From an uncultured Clostridia bacterium (GTDB lineage: Bacteria > Bacillota > Clostridia > Christensenellales > UBA1242): a stretch of DNA of 64,000 nucleotides. Numbering within the stretch: position 1 is the first letter of the stretch; each line of letters begins with the position of its first letter. The stretch is from positions 749 through 64,748 of the forward strand of contig CALVNN010000001.1 in assembly GCA_944349765.1 (NCBI GenBank), given 5' to 3'. Positions 59,279-64,000 of this stretch are shown in pieces. The position numbers and the translations under genes were made by a program. The notes under the pieces are model-generated. The model did not search any database, was not told the origin of the DNA, and saw nothing but the letters and a program-made list of their open reading frames with translations.

Positions 59279-62133
59279 CTTTGCATCTCCGGCTCTGGAT
59301 TTTTAGATATTGTATTTGTATTTGTATTTGTATTTGTATTTGTATTTGTATTCGTTGTTGTCTTGTCGTCTCTACTATATAAAATTTTTTGTTCTTTTTC
59401 AGCATCTTTGAAATTGTATTCTTGAGGTATGGTAAGTAAATTTTTTTCGGTTTCATAAGGCTCACATTGTTCTCTAAGACGATTAAACCCAAGTCCTACG
59501 TTGACTTTTTGCATAGGTTTGTCGGGGTGTAATTTATCATATTCTTTGACAAAATCTCTTATTCCTTTTTGTAGTGCTTTGAATATCAGATTTCGAGTTT
59601 GTTCTTTCTCTTTTTCGTCGTTGGTTTCGGTGTAGTAGAGTCCAGGTAAGCCCATAATTTCATTTGTTTTGTATTTTTCATTTATTTCAAAATCATTTAA
59701 CACAGCATATCCATATTCTTCATTGACATACATAGCACCTTTTGCAATTATGTCACCTTTAAAGTCTCTTATTACTAAGTTTTGGACATCTGGGCTTAGC
59801 ATGGTAGCTTTGACTATGTCACTACCGTACGATGCACTGTTAATATTTGCACAACAATTGCAGTAAGTGCCTATTATTGCATTTGTTGGGTCGTATTTGT
59901 CGAGGAATTCATAGGTGAATTGTTTTTGACATAATTTTTGTAGTTCTTCTTTTGCATTAATTAATTGAGTGCGTGTTGCATTTTTTATTCTTTCTATTGC
60001 TTCGTTGATGGTCTCTTCTTTTAATTCTTTGCCAAGGATATTTTTACGTAAATTATTGTTTCTAGCCATATTTCTAAATTTGATAACTTTTTCTATTACT
60101 TGATTAGATAATTGTAGTGGACCTAATACTTTCATAACTTCCAGATCTGAATGATATGTTTCTATATTTTCTTTGTATTGATAAAACTTTTTAAAAGTCT
60201 CTTCCCATGACAATTTACGTGGAATGCCTTTTTCATCAATGTATTTTTTAAATCCAATGGCTTTATTAAAGTTTGTCATTGTCTTTGCAAATATTTCTTT
60301 GTTATTTTTTTCTAGCTCAATAAGCATTTCAACATTTGGCAGTCTATCGGCGTTACTTAGCGAGATGAAGCGAACAAATAACTGATTAGGCTTTGTGTCT
60401 ACTGATAGATTTTTAAACGTGTCATTAAGAGATTTAAAATCAAAATATTGATTCATAAGTCTAAATAATGTTGAACTTGCTTTTTGACACAATGGGGTAG
60501 GAGTGTCTTTGCCATTTTTGTCCTTGATATATTCCGTAGAAAAGCATCCCAAAGCATAAGCAACTTTGTAATAGGTGTCAAGGTATATAGCGTTGTCAAC
60601 GCCTACTTTGGTAAGCAAATTATCAAGCTCCATTTTGAAGAAATGAAAATTACCATTAGCAAAATCATTAAAGGCGGGATACTTAGCTATTTCTTGTAAA
60701 AATTTGTCTGGAACAACTAGGTTTTCTTTATTTAATTTTTTGGATAAGGTAATACATACAGATGAATTTTTTATATATGTTTCTAAATGTTTTCGAATTG
60801 ACTGGTTTAATTCGCTAATTTTTATAATATCATAAGCATTTTTATTGACAGGATAATTTTTTGATAGTATAGCTTGGTCGTCTAATTTGTAAATATATTC
60901 AAAGTTGCATCCAGCAAAAGCATTTTCACCAATATGCGTTATTTGTGGATGTAAGGTTATGGAATTTAAGTGGACGCATCCATTGAAGGCGTAGTCATCA
61001 ATAATTTTTTGATTGTTAGGTATTACATAATCATATACAGGCTCTCTAGCTGTATTAAATGCTTCATTGAATAATCCACTAAAACACGTAAAATTATCAT
61101 TATTTTTTATAGAAGATCTTACGGCGTTTGTTATTTCACACAAATTAAGTCCATTTATAAAACCACGAATAGAGCTATTAAAATATTGTTTTTGGACGTT
61201 GAACATATCTTGAGGAAAGTAAGGTACTCCAGAGATTATACCATCTTCGGTCATAAGTTCTATTGTATTTGCGATACCGCTACCTTTTGGATTTATAAAT
61301 TTAGGTAGTTTCGCCCAGTTTAGTATTTTACACTTTATAGGTTCTACTTCTACCCACTGAATGTCGTGCATTAAATGTTCTGCGTTTAATGGATTGAAAC
61401 TAGCGCTTGGCTTTACTCTTACATATTTTTTGCCTAAATATTCAAATTCTGGTACAAATTTTGGAGCAAAGGCGTTGCTACTATGATTGTACATAGTATA
61501 GGTAAGACCAGTTGGTTTAAGTTCTTGACTTAATTTACCATTATTAAATAGGGTCTCTAAAGTGTTGTTGAGATTGTTATCTACAGAATTTTTTGGATAT
61601 TGCCCTAACTCAATAGTATGATAAAGTGTTTCACCTTTGTTATTTGTTTGTGTAGATAAAGTCTCCAAAAGAGAATATAATCTTTCGTAATCTTCTGCCG
61701 TATAAAAGTGACGTATGATGTTATTATTGAGTAATCTTTGAGTTAAAGTAACCCTAACACTTTCGCCTGGTAATTTAAGACTAAATGTCGGGCATAACAC
61801 GCTAGTATTGTCGTATAATATGTCATTGACACTATATTCACCATCTTTGTACACTGTTTCAGGCCGATTATAAAAGTACTGAGAAGTCAAATAATACCAC
61901 GCACTTGGTTTGCCTGTGTTTGTTAGGTATTGTTTGGTTGTGTCCGCACCTGTAAGGATAGCAAAATCAGTCGCCGAGACTCTGCGTTGTTCGGCAGACA
62001 ACCCTTTTAAAGCCTCTCTACTTGGTATGCTTAAATAATCATTTCCACTAACTGTTATTCTATCATTTGCGTGTTCGTATATTGATACTGTTTTTTTCTT
62101 TACAAATAATGATCTAAAATCTCTATTATTCAT
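59275..62133 (-). CDS. Large multi-domain protein (952 aa): DUF6273-like motifs, BspA-type leucine-rich repeat, ~500-aa uncharacterised C-terminal region, (TN)n tail
   Basis: ATG at 62133 seven nt after AAGGAG. LRR YAFNGCVHLNSITLHPQITHIGENAFAGC. ELGQYPKN...EPIKCKILNW and SATDFAILTGA...SAWYYLTS...LCPTFSL resemble the paralogue-2 C-terminus. Confidence 0.7.
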   Translation of the reverse strand: MNNRDFRSLFVKKKTVSIYEHANDRITVSGNDYLSIPSREALKGLSAEQRRVSATDFAILTGADTTKQYLTNTGKPSAWYYLTSQYFYNRPETVYKDGEYSVNDILYDNTSVLCPTFSLKLPGESVRVTLTQRLLNNNIIRHFYTAEDYERLYSLLETLSTQTNNKGETLYHTIELGQYPKNSVDNNLNNTLETLFNNGKLSQELKPTGLTYTMYNHSSNAFAPKFVPEFEYLGKKYVRVKPSASFNPLNAEHLMHDIQWVEVEPIKCKILNWAKLPKFINPKGSGIANTIELMTEDGIISGVPYFPQDMFNVQKQYFNSSIRGFINGLNLCEITNAVRSSIKNNDNFTCFSGLFNEAFNTAREPVYDYVIPNNQKIIDDYAFNGCVHLNSITLHPQITHIGENAFAGCNFEYIYKLDDQAILSKNYPVNKNAYDIIKISELNQSIRKHLETYIKNSSVCITLSKKLNKENLVVPDKFLQEIAKYPAFNDFANGNFHFFKMELDNLLTKVGVDNAIYLDTYYKVAYALGCFSTEYIKDKNGKDTPTPLCQKASSTLFRLMNQYFDFKSLNDTFKNLSVDTKPNQLFVRFISLSNADRLPNVEMLIELEKNNKEIFAKTMTNFNKAIGFKKYIDEKGIPRKLSWEETFKKFYQYKENIETYHSDLEVMKVLGPLQLSNQVIEKVIKFRNMARNNNLRKNILGKELKEETINEAIERIKNATRTQLINAKEELQKLCQKQFTYEFLDKYDPTNAIIGTYCNCCANINSASYGSDIVKATMLSPDVQNLVIRDFKGDIIAKGAMYVNEEYGYAVLNDFEINEKYKTNEIMGLPGLYYTETNDEKEKEQTRNLIFKALQKGIRDFVKEYDKLHPDKPMQKVNVGLGFNRLREQCEPYETEKNLLTIPQEYNFKDAEKEQKILYSRDDKTTTNTNTNTNTNTNTNTISKNPEPEMQR
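59311..59352. repeat. Hexanucleotide microsatellite (TGTATT)x7 inside the 3' end of the 952-aa gene
   Basis: Seven perfect tandem copies encoding (Thr-Asn)7 on the minus strand. Confidence 0.95.
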
Positions 62134-62251
62134 AATCAATCTCCTTAAACTGATTATACATTATATTTTTCAAATTGTAAATAACCGATTTAATTTTTTA
62201 AACGCTTGACATTTGTTTGCGTTTATTTCATAATTTAATGTAGGTGATTTT

Positions 62252-62524
62252 ATGGATGCAATATTTGAAATTATATGTGAGATGTATTTAGGCTTATGGG
62301 AGGCTTTAATCCCAGATTTAAAAATGAAGACGTGGCAAAAATGGCTTTTTAGTATAATAGGTATAATTATATCATTAGCAACTTTGGCGGCGTTAGTTTT
62401 AGGTGTGATGTTCTTAATTAATGGAGAAAATCAAACAACGGCAATAATACTTACTAGTGTCGGAGGAGTGTTTTTTATATTGCATATAGTGTTATTCATT
62501 TACGTGTTGAAGCGTAGAAGATAA
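62252..62524 (+). CDS. Hypothetical small membrane protein (two TM helices)
   Basis: RBS-like AGGTGA upstream. Two hydrophobic helices. C-terminal KRRR. Confidence 0.5.
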   Translation: MDAIFEIICEMYLGLWEALIPDLKMKTWQKWLFSIIGIIISLATLAALVLGVMFLINGENQTTAIILTSVGGVFFILHIVLFIYVLKRRR

Positions 62525-62558
62525 TAAAACTAAAAGTCAAAATAGTTTTTCAAAGCTC

Positions 62559-62587
62559 TTGACAAGATACTAGTTTGGTAGTATAAT
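62559..62587 (+). promoter_or_regulatory. Consensus sigma-A promoter of tRNA-Arg
   Basis: TTGACA, 17 nt, TATAAT, 17 nt upstream of the tRNA 5' end. Confidence 0.75.
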
Positions 62588-62604
62588 CGTATTATGCTAT
62601 TTAA

Positions 62605-62680
62605 GCACCCTTAGCTCAGTTGGAAGAGCGTTGCGCTACGGACGCAAAGGTCAGGGGTTCGAGCCCCTTAGGGTGCACCA
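62605..62680 (+). tRNA. tRNA-Arg (anticodon ACG), encoded CCA
   Basis: Acceptor GCACCCT/AGGGTGC, D-arm GCTCAGTTGGAAGAGC, anticodon stem TTGCG/CGCAA with loop CTACGGA, T-loop TTCGAGC. Confidence 0.95.
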
Positions 62681-63091
62681 AACCATATATACTACAAAGC
62701 CTTGTGGTATATTTTTTTGTGTATATTTGAAGTAGAACCCCTGACCGGACTATAATAGGGCTCCCAAAAATTGTTTAATTTTTGGGAAAAAGGAAAAACT
62801 TTAGCGAAAAGGCTACCTTTGCGTATAGCAAAGAGCTATAAGCAAAAGTTTTGACGCGGGTTCGAGCCCCTTAGGGTGCACCAAACTATATATGCCACAT
62901 AGCTTTGTGGTATATTTTTTTTTGTTTATGTTTAAACTAGAACCCCTGACCGACTACTAAAATAGGGTTCCCAAAAATTTTTTAATTTTTGGGAAAAAGG
63001 AAAAACTTTAGCGAAAAAGGCTACCTTTGCGTACAGCAAAGAGCCATAAGCAAAAGTTTTGACGCGGGTTTGAGCCCCTTAGGGTGCACCA
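62681..63091 (+). repeat. Two tandem ~205-bp units, each ending in a copy of the tRNA-Arg 3' end
   Basis: Unit 1 is 62681-62883 and unit 2 is 62884-63091. 3'-end copies GGGTT(C/T)GAGCCCCTTAGGGTGCACCA lie at 62858-62883 and 63066-63091. Each unit also carries a terminator hairpin, GAACCCCTGACC (inverted match to the tRNA) and a CCCAAAAATT/AATTTTTGGG hairpin. Confidence 0.85.
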
Positions 63092-63252
63092 AGTTAAAAA
63101 ACATCGCAAGAAGTTTTTTTGTTATTAATGGGCTTACTATACCGCTTTTGGGTTGAAAAAATTGTCAATATATGTTAAAATATCTCAAACTATACGGTTT
63201 TGAATAAATTTAACTAATAGATAAATACTAAAATAAATATAAATGTAAGGTT

Positions 63253-64000
63253 ATGAGTAAAGTTATGAGTAATGATATAAGTAGTAATATAGGTAAAGAA
63301 GTATTGGTCGTAAAAGACTTGAAAAAAAGATATAATAAAAATGCAGACTTCACGGTAAAAGGATTATCTTTTGTGTGTCATGAAGGAGAGGTAGTGGGTA
63401 TAGTCGGTCGTAATGGTGCCGGTAAAAGCACGACTATTAAATGCATAACTGGTTTGCATCCTTTTGATGAGGGGGAAATATCTATTTGTGGATTTGATAT
63501 TGTAAAAGAGCCTATCAAAGCGAAATATCACCTAGGTTATGTGCCTGATGTAAGTCTTGCATTTGATAAGATGACTGGTATAGAATATCTCAATTTTATA
63601 GCGGATATATTTGGCATAGATAGTGACGTAAGAAAGGAGCGAATAGAAAAACTAGATAGTGCTTTTGGACTTAATAACGCACTTTATAGACTTATAAACT
63701 CGTATTCTCACGGTATGAAACAAAAAATCAGCGTTATGGCGTCTATACTGCCTGAGCCTGACCTTTGGATATTGGATGAGCCACTAACGGGACTTGACCC
63801 TCAAACTAGTAGTGTATTAAAAAAGCTTATGAAAGATTATGCTACTAAGGGACATACGGTAATATTTTCATCTCACAACTTGGATGTAGTGGAAAAACTC
63901 TGTGACAGAGTCATTATCATAAGCGAAGGTAGCTTAGTTAAGGATATGGACAGAGCAGAGATAGAAGCGTTAGGTACTAGTCTTGAAGAGTACTTTGTAA
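63253..64000 (+). CDS. ABC transporter ATP-binding protein (3' end outside the window)
   Basis: My own translation from ATG 63253: MSKVMSNDISSNIGKEVLVVKDLKKRY... Walker A GRNGAGKST, signature-like YSHGMKQKISV, Walker B LWILDEP. No stop before the window end. Confidence 0.85.
   Translation, partial: MSKVMSNDISSNIGKEVLVVKDLKKRYNKNADFTVKGLSFVCHEGEVVGIVGRNGAGKSTTIKCITGLHPFDEGEISICGFDIVKEPIKAKYHLGYVPDVSLAFDKMTGIEYLNFIADIFGIDSDVRKERIEKLDSAFGLNNALYRLINSYSHGMKQKISVMASILPEPDLWILDEPLTGLDPQTSSVLKKLMKDYATKGHTVIFSSHNLDVVEKLCDRVIIISEGSLVKDMDRAEIEALGTSLEEYFV

Noticed and set aside
59244-59492. 82-aa minus-strand ORF containing QIQIQIQIQIQ
   Set aside because: It is an alternative-frame reading of the (TGTATT)7 microsatellite inside the 952-aa gene and therefore an artefact.
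62800-63091. Possible additional tRNA genes after tRNA-Arg
   Set aside because: Only the T-loop and 3' acceptor half is copied. No 5' acceptor strand (GCACCCT) or D-arm is present, and the T-stem is disrupted (GCGGG versus CCCCT). These are tRNA fragments, not genes.
62681-63091. CRISPR array
   Set aside because: There are only two long (~205-bp) units that are homologous throughout. There is no short-repeat/unique-spacer organisation and no cas genes. No CRISPR-like periodicity appears anywhere else in the window.
58068-63091. Prophage or integrative element at tRNA-Arg
   Set aside because: No integrase, recombinase, terminase or other phage/ICE hallmark gene is present. Only att-like repeats and accessory-looking genes are seen, so I report the repeats but not a mobile element.

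Overview
Chromosomal segment of a low-G+C, spore-forming Firmicute, standard genetic code. Sporulation and germination markers are sigH, whiA, cwlD, yyaC and a gerA-type A/B/C operon. Most of the window is housekeeping: dnaE, dnaX-ybaB-recR, aspS, trpS, cca, rmuC, rsmE, rlmB, mrnC, comFC, two tRNAs and an ABC exporter. Accessory and unusual content lies between these genes. (1) The left edge holds an RHS/YD-repeat polymorphic-toxin locus. Its toxin tip is a glycine-zipper membrane domain, followed by a 2-TM candidate immunity gene, a start-less orphan RHS core fragment that forms a ~690-bp direct repeat, two more candidate orphan immunity genes, and a class-II Fic gene. (2) dnaX is split into two frames at a site built like the prfB +1 frameshift cassette: AGGTG, 3 nt, CCC TAA A. 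(3) An ATPase gene sits between dnaX and ybaB-recR. (4) Three dispersed paralogues encode exported proteins with a TasA/camelysin-like N-terminus plus Listeria-Bacteroides (Flg_new) repeats. (5) A three-gene SPFH/zinc-ribbon membrane module resembles ydjGHI but has no pspA. (6) An OmpR/HisKA two-component system and an adjacent HtrA-like protease share a 19-nt tandem-heptamer operator. (7) An intergenic region carries six ~40-nt GTCAT...GGTACC-type repeats. (8) The right-hand block holds a 952-aa multi-domain protein with a hexanucleotide microsatellite, next to a tRNA-Arg that is followed by two ~205-bp tandem units, each ending in a copy of the tRNA 3' end. I saw no CRISPR array, rRNA, transposase or integrase. 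All functional calls rest on motifs read by eye from the supplied translations. No database search was possible.
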